A stretch of DNA of 64,000 bases from Gemmatimonadota bacterium (GCA_029262195.1 JAJCZX010000010.1:67352-131351), one strand, 5' to 3'. Shown: positions 34,997 to 45,019, numbered from the stretch's first letter. Program-made: numbers and translations. The notes: a model not told the origin generated them from the sequence alone.

Positions 34997-35541
34997 AGAA
35001 AGAGGAATTTGAGCATGCCGTTCGAGCAGCGGGGGCCGTTATCGACTCTAACGAGCTGCTTGTGATTGGAAGCCAGGCCATTCACGCGAGTTTGAGCGGT
35101 GACATCCCAATCGAAGCGAGGAGGTCGGTCGAAGTTGATATCGCCGCGATGGATGATCCTGATGGACGATTGGCAGATCTCATCGATGGGTCGATCGGAG
35201 AGGCGTCGATGTTTCATTCCACATTCGGGTATTACGCCCAGGGTGTGGTGGAATCCACTGCAACCCTCCCCGGTGGTTGGCGTGATCGACTGGTTCGCTT
35301 TGAAACCCCTGCGACTAACGGGGTTGTCGCGTGGTGTCTTGAAATCCACGATCTGTGGATTTCAAAGTCCGTCGCGGGGCGCACCAAGGATCTCGAGTTT
35401 TGCGAAGCTATTTGTCGTCGAGGACTTGTTGATCCGGGAGAACTTTCAGACCGCCTCGAACGAGTGGAAAATTTGGATGTCAGGATTCAATCAACCGTGT
35501 TGGGTCGTGTGGACCGTTGTGTAAAAGGCAAAACAAAATGA
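34993..35541 (+). CDS. nucleotidyltransferase-fold-like protein (DUF6036-like; recall-based)
   Basis: 182 aa, translationally coupled to the HTH gene. LLVIGSQAIHASL…VEVDIA…HDLWISKSVAGRTKDLEF resembles minimal NTase-type partners of XRE proteins. Not verified by search. Confidence 0.55.
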   Translation: MKKEEFEHAVRAAGAVIDSNELLVIGSQAIHASLSGDIPIEARRSVEVDIAAMDDPDGRLADLIDGSIGEASMFHSTFGYYAQGVVESTATLPGGWRDRLVRFETPATNGVVAWCLEIHDLWISKSVAGRTKDLEFCEAICRRGLVDPGELSDRLERVENLDVRIQSTVLGRVDRCVKGKTK

Positions 35542-35684
35542 CTAACCGCCTCGAAGAACTAAAAGCCGTCCTCGCCGGTAAATACGAGATCGAGGAGGTT
35601 TCCGATACCCTCCAGGTAAAGAACGGCGAGCCTTTGCCATTCAGCCGACCTGAAGTCCCCTCTTTTTTATTTGTCGAGTTGTAG
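35538..35684 (+). CDS. 48-codon ORF overlapping the preceding stop (ATGA)
   Basis: MTNRLEELKAVLAGKYEIEEVSDTLQVKNGEPLPFSRPEVPSFLFVEL. Below the cutoff of the ORF track. The only support is the ATGA overlap. Confidence 0.25.
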   Translation: MTNRLEELKAVLAGKYEIEEVSDTLQVKNGEPLPFSRPEVPSFLFVEL

Positions 35685-35765
35685 ATCTTCGTCACGTCGG
35701 TTGACCAATTCTGGGTCGGATAACGGTTAAATTAATACGTTGAGGGAACGTAGTGGGATTGGAAA

Positions 35766-36863
35766 GTGTCTGAGGCGATGGTGATGAAAAACTACATAGC
35801 TCGAAGATTGTTGCCCCTGGGGATTCTGGTGATTGTTGTGGCGTGCGATCACACGGAATCCTTCAATCTGCCGACTCGCGAACCACTGGGCCCTTTCCCG
35901 CCCGACCCCGGTAATTCGTTTGTAACTCGACTCACGTTTAATACCGGGGACGATCGAAATCCATCTGTGCACGGGAGCACTCTGGTCTTTAGCCGGTTCG
36001 ACGCCGTCCGGTTTGACCGCGACCGCTGCATTGCCTTCATGCCGGTCGAGGGCGGCAGGATTTTCAGGATGGAATGCCCCAACGGGGGCCGCCCCGACCT
36101 CGTCGTCAACGCCTGGTTGAATCCTGCGATTTCGCCTGACGGTGCTCGTATCTCGTTCGTAGCGGAGGAGAGTAACGCCAGGCTACTTCAGAATCAGCCC
36201 GCAAAGAGACAATTGTTTGTCGCTCCGATCGATAGCCTGGATCGCGCAATCGCTTTCAACCCGAGCGCTATCCGGGTGACGAGGGGGGGGATCAACGACT
36301 TTCGCGAAGTGGTCTGGGTCGATTCAACTACCGTGCGGTTCATTGGGGGAACGGGCGGTTTCAACGCCCTGGGACGAGACACCATCTTTTCTCCTCTCGG
36401 TCTTTTCGACTGGGAAGTCAATTCCGGAAGTGTCACGCTTGTCTCCGGAATTCTCAACCCGATTGCACACACCATTGCCCCTGACGGCGGCATTTGGTTT
36501 ATTCGAGCCGCCGATTCTTCAACTATCCACCACGTACCGTTGGGAGCCGTGACATCGGTCCCGGTACCGTTTGACTGGTCCGGAGTTTCCGACGTACCAG
36601 GAGTGATGTGGGACATTGACAATCTGGACGGTTTACCTCTAGTAGCGGTCCGTACGGAAGTCAAAGGAGGTGACACGCCCCCCTTTGATGCCAACATAGT
36701 GGAGAACCACGTCTTCTTGCTCCATCCCGGAACCGCCGTCGCGGATTTGGTGTGGGTCGGCGCCACCCCGCGCAGCGTTGTGGCGATTCCAGGCCAGCAG
36801 GCGGTGGTGGCCGAGATTCAACAAACCACCGGCGCCAACCTTTTCATGCTTCTGAAGCGATGA
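35766..36863 (+). CDS. PD40/TolB-like beta-propeller lipoprotein
   Basis: 365 aa. Lipobox (LVIVVAC DH). PD40-like motifs (NPAISPDGARISFVAEE; DDRNPSVHGSTLVFSR). Confidence 0.6.
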   Translation: MSEAMVMKNYIARRLLPLGILVIVVACDHTESFNLPTREPLGPFPPDPGNSFVTRLTFNTGDDRNPSVHGSTLVFSRFDAVRFDRDRCIAFMPVEGGRIFRMECPNGGRPDLVVNAWLNPAISPDGARISFVAEESNARLLQNQPAKRQLFVAPIDSLDRAIAFNPSAIRVTRGGINDFREVVWVDSTTVRFIGGTGGFNALGRDTIFSPLGLFDWEVNSGSVTLVSGILNPIAHTIAPDGGIWFIRAADSSTIHHVPLGAVTSVPVPFDWSGVSDVPGVMWDIDNLDGLPLVAVRTEVKGGDTPPFDANIVENHVFLLHPGTAVADLVWVGATPRSVVAIPGQQAVVAEIQQTTGANLFMLLKR

Positions 36864-36912
36864 ATCGGTGCAAAGAGTGGCGCCGCGGCCTCGGGTTCAC
36901 CTCCGGCATTGA

Positions 36913-37287
36913 CTAATCCACGTGTTGATCGATCAGGACGGGGTTGCCGTCGGGATCAACAAGGGCCAGACTTGCGGGACCGTCAACGGTCTCGTCCGCT
37001 TCGGACGTGAGAGTTAGGCCGTTTGCCTTCAGGCTTTTCTGTATCTCCCTGATGTCATCAAAAGCGTCGAGGGCCTCGGCTTGATTGGACCAACCGGGAT
37101 TGAAGGTCATTGTATTGCGTTCGAACATTCCCTGAAAAAGACCGATTGTCGTTTCACCGTTCCGCAGGATAAGCCAGTTCTGGGTTACGTCTCCGCCAAC
37201 CTGCTCGAATCCAAGTTTCTCATAGAAATTCTGTGATGCGGTGATGTCCTTGACCGCAAGGCTGATGGAAAAGGCTCCAAGTTTCAT
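36913..37287 (-). CDS. VOC/glyoxalase-family protein
   Basis: 124 aa. [21 protein letters not shown] and …[13 protein letters not shown] are typical VOC sequences. Confidence 0.85.
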   Translation of the reverse strand: MKLGAFSISLAVKDITASQNFYEKLGFEQVGGDVTQNWLILRNGETTIGLFQGMFERNTMTFNPGWSNQAEALDAFDDIREIQKSLKANGLTLTSEADETVDGPASLALVDPDGNPVLIDQHVD

Positions 37288-37382
37288 ATTGTATTTTCTT
37301 TGTATGGTTGAAGGTGCTGGTTTGTTGAATCATCAAGGGGATTCTTAAATAACTAATCATTGCTTCTGGAGCTTTACAAATC

Positions 37383-38321
37383 TTGCGAAACGATAGTGCC
37401 ACGTCGGGCGAGGAACGCTTGTACGTGGATCGGGTTAACCGGGCGATCAACTACATTCTGTCGAACCTGGATCAATCGCTCAAACTTGACGTTGTTGCAG
37501 TGGTGGCGGGGTTTTCGCCGTTCCATTTCCATCGGATTTTCAAAATGATGATCGGCGAATCGCTCGCCGAATTTGTGAAACGAGTGCGATTGGAAAGAGC
37601 GGTTGCGTTGCTTTCACGCCAGGATTGGGCAACACGCAGGAAACCGTCTCTGACTGACATCGCCTTTGAGTGTGGATTCACTTCTTCTTCCGATTTTTCG
37701 AGAAGCTTCAAACATAGCTATGGCGTGCCACCGAGCCGGTTCGACGTCAAAGAATTCAGGTCGGCGCGCCGCCAGGAATGGGAAGCTGCAATCGCGGACC
37801 CTGAACGTCGGCACCTTTTGAAGCGACTGGAGCCCGGTGCGAACCCGGATAATTTTGAAGTGTGCATCCGATCGTTACGTCGCCGAACAGTTGCTTATAT
37901 TCGCGTTGCGGACTCATACCGGCCGAACGCGGTTCCCGAGGCAGCGAGCCGACTTGTTGACTGGGCGCAGAAGAAGGGTCTCGCCGATGGTCAGTGGTTG
38001 GGATACATGTGGGATGACCCAGAAATTGTTCCGCACGACAAGTGTCGATACGACGTGGGACTTGAAGTGCCACCCGGTGAGACGGCCCACGGCGAAGTCT
38101 GTCTTATTGAATTCCCCGAGATGCAGGTTGCCGAATTGGAGATATACGGGTCCATCGATCTGGAAATACGTGCGCTGGACTGGATGTTCAAAACGTGGCT
38201 TCCGTTCTCCGGTTATGTGCCGGGCGCACATCCCTGCTTCGAAGCATGGATCGGGCGACCTTTTGCCCATGGATTCGAAAAATTTGAATTGACCGTGCAG
38301 GTCCCGATAGAGACGGGATAA
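37383..38321 (+). CDS. AraC-family regulator with GyrI-like effector-binding domain
   Basis: 312 aa. AraC HTHs (FHFHRIFKMMIGESLAEFV; IAFECGFTSSSDFSRSFKHSYGVPPSRF) followed by a GyrI-like C-terminal half. Confidence 0.88.
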   Translation: MRNDSATSGEERLYVDRVNRAINYILSNLDQSLKLDVVAVVAGFSPFHFHRIFKMMIGESLAEFVKRVRLERAVALLSRQDWATRRKPSLTDIAFECGFTSSSDFSRSFKHSYGVPPSRFDVKEFRSARRQEWEAAIADPERRHLLKRLEPGANPDNFEVCIRSLRRRTVAYIRVADSYRPNAVPEAASRLVDWAQKKGLADGQWLGYMWDDPEIVPHDKCRYDVGLEVPPGETAHGEVCLIEFPEMQVAELEIYGSIDLEIRALDWMFKTWLPFSGYVPGAHPCFEAWIGRPFAHGFEKFELTVQVPIETG

Positions 38322-38396
38322 ACTGTGTCGCGGTGGCACGGCGGCACAGATGCAAAGAATCCGTGCACCAGTGCCGCCGAGCCCCGGTCCTCTGAT

Positions 38397-39629
38397 TCAT
38401 CTGCCAAGAATGTTGCCGATCTCAACCCGATAAATATTTGCCGGCGGATGTCGGTCGCTCGTGAAATAGAGATATTGCCCATCACCTGAAACGAACGCTC
38501 CGTATTCGTTCGCGAACGAGTTGATTGGTTCCCCGAGGTTAGCTGGCTCCGACCATTCGCCATTCTCGAAAAAGCTTACGTACAGGTCGTCGTTGCCAAC
38601 CTGTCCCTCGTGTCCGGCGGAACTACCAAGAACCATGTAGCTGCCGTCGCGGGCAACAAACACGCTCATTTCGTCGTTGTCGGTATTTATCGGTGGACCG
38701 AGGTTCTGCGCCGGTCCGTTTCCGTCCCAGAAGTAGATATCCTGACCGCCGATTCCGCCTTCGCGTTGTGACGAAAAGAAAATTCCGGTGTCTGTAACTG
38801 ATGGCTGGTAGTCAGCTGACGGCGAGCTAACCGACAACACCTGCGGCGTACCCCAGGAGCCGTTGGACGACAGAGTTGCTTGCCAAAGATTGTAAACCTC
38901 CGCTGTGTCGCCGGGAAATATTGGGCGTTGTGAAGCGAACAGCAGTCGGAAACCATCTGGAGACAGCGCAGGTGAACGGTCGCTGTGAGTTCCAGAAAAC
39001 GACAATGGCTCGGGCTGGGTCCAGGCACCAGCTTCCAGTCTTGTCGTCATCATTGTCTGGTGTCCGAAATCGTTCTGATAGGAACTGAAATAGAGAGTTG
39101 TCCCACCGGGGTCGAATGTTGGAAAAGCTTCTCCCCGCTCGGGAGCGGAGATTGCATCTGACTGCCATGGTGTCATTGCGAATTGGTTTGCCAGGTCCAG
39201 GGGGAAGGTCTCGTCCGCGAGAAGTGCTCCAAGCAATTGCACATCCCGATTCCCTCCGAGCCTCAAGGTCCCTGTCAAAGAATCCCCGGTGACGGTTATC
39301 TCCATACTGGTAGCTGGAGAACTCGTTGCGAATGTCACAGTGCTGGTATCCTGGTCGGTTGCTCTAAGTGCTACATGGAAGGGAAAGCCCAGAGAAACTG
39401 TGATTCGGCCACGGTAGCCGTGGTCTGTCATTTCCAATTCCAGTCGTGCTGGCAGTTGGTTCTCTCCGAGCGAGGCCTGGACATCATAAACTCCATCAAC
39501 GGGAATGGGATGGTCCGACTCGCCGCAGGCTGAAACCCCGAAGCACAGAGCGGTGATGACTGTGAATTTGACGAGGTGGTGAAGACGAGGAGGGGAGAAG
39601 TTAAGGCGGACGGTGTGGAGACGGCGCAT
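38397..39629 (-). CDS. PD40/TolB-like beta-propeller lipoprotein
   Basis: 410 aa. Lipobox (FGVSAC GESD). Repeated PD40 units (SPALSPDGFRLLFASQR; GQDIYFW; GAFVSGDGQYLYFTSDR). Confidence 0.75.
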   Translation of the reverse strand: MRRLHTVRLNFSPPRLHHLVKFTVITALCFGVSACGESDHPIPVDGVYDVQASLGENQLPARLELEMTDHGYRGRITVSLGFPFHVALRATDQDTSTVTFATSSPATSMEITVTGDSLTGTLRLGGNRDVQLLGALLADETFPLDLANQFAMTPWQSDAISAPERGEAFPTFDPGGTTLYFSSYQNDFGHQTMMTTRLEAGAWTQPEPLSFSGTHSDRSPALSPDGFRLLFASQRPIFPGDTAEVYNLWQATLSSNGSWGTPQVLSVSSPSADYQPSVTDTGIFFSSQREGGIGGQDIYFWDGNGPAQNLGPPINTDNDEMSVFVARDGSYMVLGSSAGHEGQVGNDDLYVSFFENGEWSEPANLGEPINSFANEYGAFVSGDGQYLYFTSDRHPPANIYRVEIGNILGR

Positions 39630-39855
39630 CGTAAATTTTATCCATGTAAGAGTAGTGTTATATCTTGTGATACAATACGAACCAGCTACTCAAGGGTTTC
39701 AAAACCCTCCCCGAATTCTGTATCCGGGGTTCTGTCACTCCGCTGACCAGTTTCACCACATTTGGTGCCCCCTGCAGGCGTAGAAATGGTACCAATTGTG
39801 AGCTAAAAAAGGGACCACCCGCCGCCGCCGAACCTAAAACACGGAGCAAAAAGTA

Positions 39856-42012
39856 GTGAAAAAGGATCCCCTTCTGAAACTTGCTGGAGTCGCGACGCTT
39901 CTGCTCCTGTTGCATCAACCGGAGTTACGTGCACAGATTCGCACACCGCTGCCGCCTGTCGCCCACAGGGTCGACCAGGTCGATGTGTATCACGGAGTTT
40001 CCGTGAAAGACCCGTTTCGCTGGTTGGAGGATATGGAATCGGAGTCTTCGCTACGGTGGATAACTGCCCAGGATTCGTTAGCACGAAATGCCATCGAGCC
40101 TTTGGCACAGAGGCAGTCGATTCTGGAGTTCCTAAGAGGGACCCAACCCGGTAGCCGGTCTAGTACACCGCACGTTCGTTCCAATGGATATTTTCACCAG
40201 CTGTCGTTTCGGGATGGCGATGAGCAAGTCGTTCAGATAGTGCACCGCAGTCGGGAAGATTCTCCGACCAGGGTCCTCGTTGATCTGCGCGATTTTGATG
40301 GAGCGGAGAGGTTTGCGGCTCTGGTCGGGTCGGGTTCCCCTTCATTTCAGGTCAGTCCGAATGGTCGGTACCTTGCCTTTGGACTCTCGATCGATCGACA
40401 ACGTTGGACGAGATGGCACGTTTACGATGTAGAACGTGACCGGTTACTGGCCGATGAGATATTTGGCATCAACACCTCTATGTACACGACAGTGTGGTGG
40501 AGTCGTTCGAGTGAAGGTTTTTATTATTCCTCCACAACTCCCCCCGAAAATGGCGATGTGGCAGGTGCCCCCGACCTTAGCAACCAGAAGGTCCGGTTTC
40601 ACCGCGTTGGAACCGACCAGGACTCGGATACTGTCGTTTTTGAAAGCCCTGAAAACCCTGACTGGCGCTACTGGGTCACCAGCTCCGGTGAATCGGATGA
40701 ACAGATTGTCGTTGAGTCTTCGAACGGTGCCGATCGTTCGGCGTTTGTGCTGGATCCATGGGGCGACGCCGATCCTGTGGAGCTTTACCGCGACGAATCA
40801 CTACGCATCGGCGTGTTGGATTTCGTTGATGGTCGAGTACTGGCATTGACTCATCGGGGGGCTCCGAAGGGAAGGATCGTCTCAATTGATCCGACTGCAG
40901 CGAGTCCCGCTGATTGGGACGAAGTGATTCCCGAAGATTCCGACGCAACGTTGTTTGCTGCCTGGTACCTTGGTGACAAAATAGTCGCGCAGTACACGCG
41001 GGACGCTCTTCCCGAGGTCGTCGTCTATTCTTCGGATGGGGGATACAGAAGAGAGCTTGAACTTCCGTATATCGGTTGGTTACGGAGCGGGTTCAGTGGT
41101 GATCGCGATCAGACTGTGGCTTCCTTTGATATCCAGGGAACGGCTGACCCGGGTAGCGTTTACACGGTGGACCTGACTTCGGGGGAGACGAGTCAATTCC
41201 ACAGCTCTGCCGAGGGGTACGACCCGTCGAAATATGTCACGGAGCAGGTCTTCTATCCGAGCAAAGACGGAACGATGGTCCCGATGTTCCTCATGTATCT
41301 GAAGGGCCTTGAAAAAAATGGAGACAATCCTGTTTGGTTGTTTGCATACGGGTCGAATTGGTCGGCCGCCCCGTGGTACCAAACTCAACATCGCGCCTGG
41401 CTGGATATGGGTGGCGTTTACGCGCTGGCCAACGTGCGAGGTGGCGGCGAATACGGCCAGGCGTGGATAGATGCAGGATCGAGGGTCAACAAACAGGTAG
41501 GAATTGACGACTATATAGCCGCTGCGGAATACCTGGTGGACGCAGGGTTTTCTTCCAACGAAAAACTTGTCGCTAACGGCGGAAGCGCCAGTGGTCCGAT
41601 TGCCGGAGCAGCGATAGTCCAGCGTCCCTATCTGTTTGGAGCGGGGTTAATCAGTTACCCCGTTTTGGATATGTTACGTTACGAAGCTCTGAGCAATCGT
41701 CTCAGTGCCAATTTTGGCAGTGTCCAGAACGAGGAAGAATTCCGGGCCCTGCTCCAATGGTCACCCTATCACAATATCGCTGACGGCCAATGTTACCCTC
41801 CGACTCTCATTTCACACGGTGATCAGGACGTTCTCGCGCCCACAGCGCATTCGTACAAATTTCTAGCGGCGATGCAATCTGCTCAGGGATGCGAAAACCC
41901 GATTCTCTTGCAGGTTGCCTGGGGTCGAGGCCATACAGTTGGAGGGCTGGAAGAAAGAGCGAATCAACTGGCATTCCTGGCGGAATTGTTCGAAATGTCA
42001 TCTCCAGAGTGA
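39856..42012 (+). CDS. prolyl oligopeptidase (S9A family)
   Basis: 718 aa. Signal peptide, DPFRWLED N-terminal motif, catalytic-Ser region ANGGSASG, and GRGHTVGG near the C-terminus. Confidence 0.92.
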   Translation: MKKDPLLKLAGVATLLLLLHQPELRAQIRTPLPPVAHRVDQVDVYHGVSVKDPFRWLEDMESESSLRWITAQDSLARNAIEPLAQRQSILEFLRGTQPGSRSSTPHVRSNGYFHQLSFRDGDEQVVQIVHRSREDSPTRVLVDLRDFDGAERFAALVGSGSPSFQVSPNGRYLAFGLSIDRQRWTRWHVYDVERDRLLADEIFGINTSMYTTVWWSRSSEGFYYSSTTPPENGDVAGAPDLSNQKVRFHRVGTDQDSDTVVFESPENPDWRYWVTSSGESDEQIVVESSNGADRSAFVLDPWGDADPVELYRDESLRIGVLDFVDGRVLALTHRGAPKGRIVSIDPTAASPADWDEVIPEDSDATLFAAWYLGDKIVAQYTRDALPEVVVYSSDGGYRRELELPYIGWLRSGFSGDRDQTVASFDIQGTADPGSVYTVDLTSGETSQFHSSAEGYDPSKYVTEQVFYPSKDGTMVPMFLMYLKGLEKNGDNPVWLFAYGSNWSAAPWYQTQHRAWLDMGGVYALANVRGGGEYGQAWIDAGSRVNKQVGIDDYIAAAEYLVDAGFSSNEKLVANGGSASGPIAGAAIVQRPYLFGAGLISYPVLDMLRYEALSNRLSANFGSVQNEEEFRALLQWSPYHNIADGQCYPPTLISHGDQDVLAPTAHSYKFLAAMQSAQGCENPILLQVAWGRGHTVGGLEERANQLAFLAELFEMSSPE

Positions 42013-42497
42013 TAATCGGTTGCAAACCTGACTGCAATTCTGCGGATTGACGCAAATTGGATACGTTTTGTCGCAAATTTGCCGTAGCGCAGAAATTGGT
42101 GTCGAAGTATCATGGGCCTGATGATGGGAGAAACCAGGGACCCGTGAAGTTTTGGTTTGGTACGTGGAGATATTCGTGTACGCGACAGCAAGAAGGATTC
42201 TGCGTAAGACGCCCGTGGCGCCACGCCTCAAGAAGTTGGCGTATCGCTCGTACGGTGACCTGCCGTGGGTCTGTCGGCATGGTGAATTGATAAAGGGCGC
42301 ATCGTTTGACAGCTACGAACCCGGTGGGCTCGTTTTGACCACGGTTTACTACTGCTCGGACAAAGCCTGTGATCAAAAAGTTCTTGAGGAACCGCCGGTT
42401 ACAGATCGTGGCGGCGGATGTAGATCTGCGTCACTTCTAAAGCCCTGGTCAAAGGCAACGCCGTAACCGGTACCCCCCGCCGAGGCCTGTGCCTCGG

Positions 42498-42821
42498 TTA
42501 GGATTCGATTTCGTGAATCAATTGTTTCATGCGCACGGCGTAGCTGCACAACGCTTTGCGTCCTTTGCTTGAGAGCTTCAACAAAGTCCTCGGCCGTTTG
42601 TCCACGAATTCTTTGTTCACCGTGATCAAACCTTCTGCTTCGAGCTTCGAGAGGTGGGAAGAAAGATTGCCCTGAGTCAATTCGGTCTGTCGCATGATGA
42701 AAAGGAAATCCGCAGCGTCGACCGCATATAGATGGCAAAGGACCATAAGACGCGCCGGTTCATGCACTGTGCGGTCGATCCCGTATGCAGCGGTTCCCGC
42801 ATCCTGTTTGGCGTTAGACAT
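42498..42821 (-). CDS. winged-helix transcriptional regulator (ArsR/MarR-like)
   Basis: 107 aa. HEPARLMVLCHL…TQGNLSSHLSKLEAEGLITVNKEF. Overlaps the upstream membrane-protein gene by 8 nt. Confidence 0.8.
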   Translation of the reverse strand: MSNAKQDAGTAAYGIDRTVHEPARLMVLCHLYAVDAADFLFIMRQTELTQGNLSSHLSKLEAEGLITVNKEFVDKRPRTLLKLSSKGRKALCSYAVRMKQLIHEIES

Positions 42822-43476
42822 CGTTCATTCCCCTGTGGGAATACTCATCGATTGGATAGCGCCTCACGAATTTCGTGAGCAAAGTGAGCCCTGTGGCGAC
42901 GATTGCCGCACCGGTGACGACTAGAGTCATCGCTGGTTGTGCATGCAGGGCGTGGGAGGTGACCGACATTGTCACCAGAAGAAAAGCGTAACCGTATAAT
43001 CTCCCTATCTGAAGCACCAAACCGCCGGTTGCGAGCGGTACCGAAAGAACGATTCCGGGAAGGAGGGCCCTGTTGTCGGCGGTCCAGCCCTGGACACGGT
43101 CGGGTCCCGCAACGAGGAACACCAGGGTGACGAGGCAAAAGAGTAATGCCACCCCTACCGTCGCTTTATTGCGCCTCAGGGTACCAAGTCTTTCTTCTTT
43201 CAGACGTACAAAGCCCGATCGTGGTTCAACAAATCGACTCCGTAATTTTCGCCAGATTGGTACGGTGAGGACCACAAGGCCCGCCGTCAATTGATCGAGA
43301 TCTGTTCCCAGTACCAATGCGAAATTCAATACGAACGCGCCGAGTATTATGTCGGCAATTCCGTCGTCTACAAAAGCCCGAAAGGCCCGCCGGTCGGGAC
43401 CGTCTATGTGCGCATGGTTTTTCGGCAAGATCAGCTTCCATGTGGTTAATCGAGAGAAAGATATTTGCCTGATCAT
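42814..43476 (-). CDS. hypothetical polytopic membrane protein
   Basis: 220 aa with ~5 hydrophobic helices. Co-oriented with, and overlapping, the wHTH gene. Confidence 0.6.
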   Translation of the reverse strand: MIRQISFSRLTTWKLILPKNHAHIDGPDRRAFRAFVDDGIADIILGAFVLNFALVLGTDLDQLTAGLVVLTVPIWRKLRSRFVEPRSGFVRLKEERLGTLRRNKATVGVALLFCLVTLVFLVAGPDRVQGWTADNRALLPGIVLSVPLATGGLVLQIGRLYGYAFLLVTMSVTSHALHAQPAMTLVVTGAAIVATGLTLLTKFVRRYPIDEYSHRGMNDV

Positions 43477-43596
43477 GGTAACGCAATCATGTTTGTATTA
43501 CAATACAGTTTGTATCGCAAACTATTTGTGCAGTTTTTTCGGTAATACTCGTACATCGATTGAAAAAATCACAACCCAACGGGAGGCAACGAAGAA

Positions 43597-44079
43597 ATGT
43601 TAACCGGGAATTCATCTGGTCCGGCGGATTCAGCCGGTATCGTCTTGGCTGCCCCTTTTTACTTTGTCCTGGCGTTGGCGGTGAGCTTTTTGCTCGATTT
43701 TCTGAAACCGACTCCCCTGGTTGCGCAGCCACTGCCGGAAACGGTTGGTTATCTGATAGTCGGCCTGAGTTTTGTTTTGTTATGGTTAGTGGACCGTGAA
43801 TTCTCGGCGTGCGAAACCAGCTCCAGTTGCAGGCTGGGCGATTCCGCTTTGATCGTTTCTGGCCCCTTCAGGTTTTCAAGAAATCCCGGGTATCTGGCGA
43901 TGGCAGTCATGCTGATCGGATTGGCTCTTACCACCAACAGTCTTTGGCTCATCGTGATGATTGCACCGGGCTGCTATGCCGTTTACCGGTTTTGCATTCG
44001 CAAGGAGGAGGCTTATCTCGAAAGGAAGTTTGGAGATAACTACCGGCGGTATCGGAATTCGGTGAGACGGTGGTTTTGA
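43597..44079 (+). CDS. isoprenylcysteine carboxyl methyltransferase (ICMT)/phospholipid methyltransferase-family membrane protein
   Basis: 160 aa. GPFRFSRNPGYLAMAVMLIGLAL…EEAYLERKFGDNYRRY is the characteristic C-terminal motif region. Confidence 0.8.
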   Translation: MLTGNSSGPADSAGIVLAAPFYFVLALAVSFLLDFLKPTPLVAQPLPETVGYLIVGLSFVLLWLVDREFSACETSSSCRLGDSALIVSGPFRFSRNPGYLAMAVMLIGLALTTNSLWLIVMIAPGCYAVYRFCIRKEEAYLERKFGDNYRRYRNSVRRWF

Positions 44080-44094
44080 CATGTGAAAGGCCCG

Positions 44095-44910
44095 TTAATC
44101 CGGGTCAACAAAAAACACCCTCGTCCTGGTGTCGCCGTTATCATCCGTTGCGGTTACCTTCACCCGAATACGCGGCCCCGACGACGCATCAAGGGGCAGG
44201 CGATCTCCATCTCGGCTGAGGTGCCCGGAGATTGACGCCCAACCCGGGCCGCTCGATAAAGTAAGCTTTGAGCTCAGGTCGGTTCGACCAAACGCGCTTC
44301 CCGCTGAGCCGAGAATGTCGTCGATCCAGTCCACTCCTATGCTCCCACTTGTAACCAGGTGGACCTCATCCAGAACCACTGAGCCCGGTTTCCAATCGTG
44401 GTTGGGGTTGGATGGAGTCGCCTCAAAGCTGGCATCGATATCCCAATCGAAAACACCTTGTCCGATGCGTTGACTCTGATCGTTCATGTCGATAGAGACC
44501 ACACAGGGTAACTCCGGACCTTCTCCCTCTTCCTCCCCGGTGGGCGTGCCCCCGCCGTCTGTCCCGGTTTCTCCCGGTAACTCGTCCTCCGGGGGTGGAG
44601 TGGGTTCCTCGACCTCGATTGGATCGCACACCCATTGTGCGTGGAGACGGGCTTGAATGCGGAAGACATAAATCTCACGCTTCCAGTTGTAGTGCCCCTC
44701 GACGGCTAGTTCTTCAAACGAATAGCTAAAACCGTGGGGGTTGGTACATCCCTCAGGGCACGTCAGTCGTTGCCTTCGCGAGTCGGCCCACCGCTTCGCC
44801 TGGTTGCGGAGGCGACCCCTCGCGGCCTCGAAGGCATCAACGGCGGTTGCTCCGAGCGCCTGTTGCGTCCAGAACGTCACGGTTCGGATTCGTTGAACTT
44901 CGCAAGCCAT
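44095..44910 (-). CDS. hypothetical protein (two domains joined by an acidic Pro/Gly/Glu linker)
   Basis: 271-aa ORF with no signal peptide and no recognised motif. It lies 109 nt downstream of, and co-oriented with, the blaI-blaR1-like pair. Confidence 0.5.
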   Translation of the reverse strand: MACEVQRIRTVTFWTQQALGATAVDAFEAARGRLRNQAKRWADSRRQRLTCPEGCTNPHGFSYSFEELAVEGHYNWKREIYVFRIQARLHAQWVCDPIEVEEPTPPPEDELPGETGTDGGGTPTGEEEGEGPELPCVVSIDMNDQSQRIGQGVFDWDIDASFEATPSNPNHDWKPGSVVLDEVHLVTSGSIGVDWIDDILGSAGSAFGRTDLSSKLTLSSGPGWASISGHLSRDGDRLPLDASSGPRIRVKVTATDDNGDTRTRVFFVDPD

Positions 44911-45019
44911 GGTAGCCGTTCCCTCTAATCAAATTGCGGTGTTTTGTTTGTGCCAAGAAGTATCGAAGGGAACCCCGTCTGGTGTCCAGTGCCCAGAAAC
45001 GGTGACGACGCCACCCTGA

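Noticed and set aside
42152-42466. 104-aa plus-strand ORF with Cys/His residues (WVCRHG…YYCSDKAC) in the gap after the prolyl oligopeptidase gene; also the hairpin CCGAGGC-ctgt-GCCTCGG at ~42475-42497
   Set aside because: It competes with overlapping ORFs on both strands. It has no RBS and no recognisable family. The hairpin is probably just a terminator shared by convergent genes.
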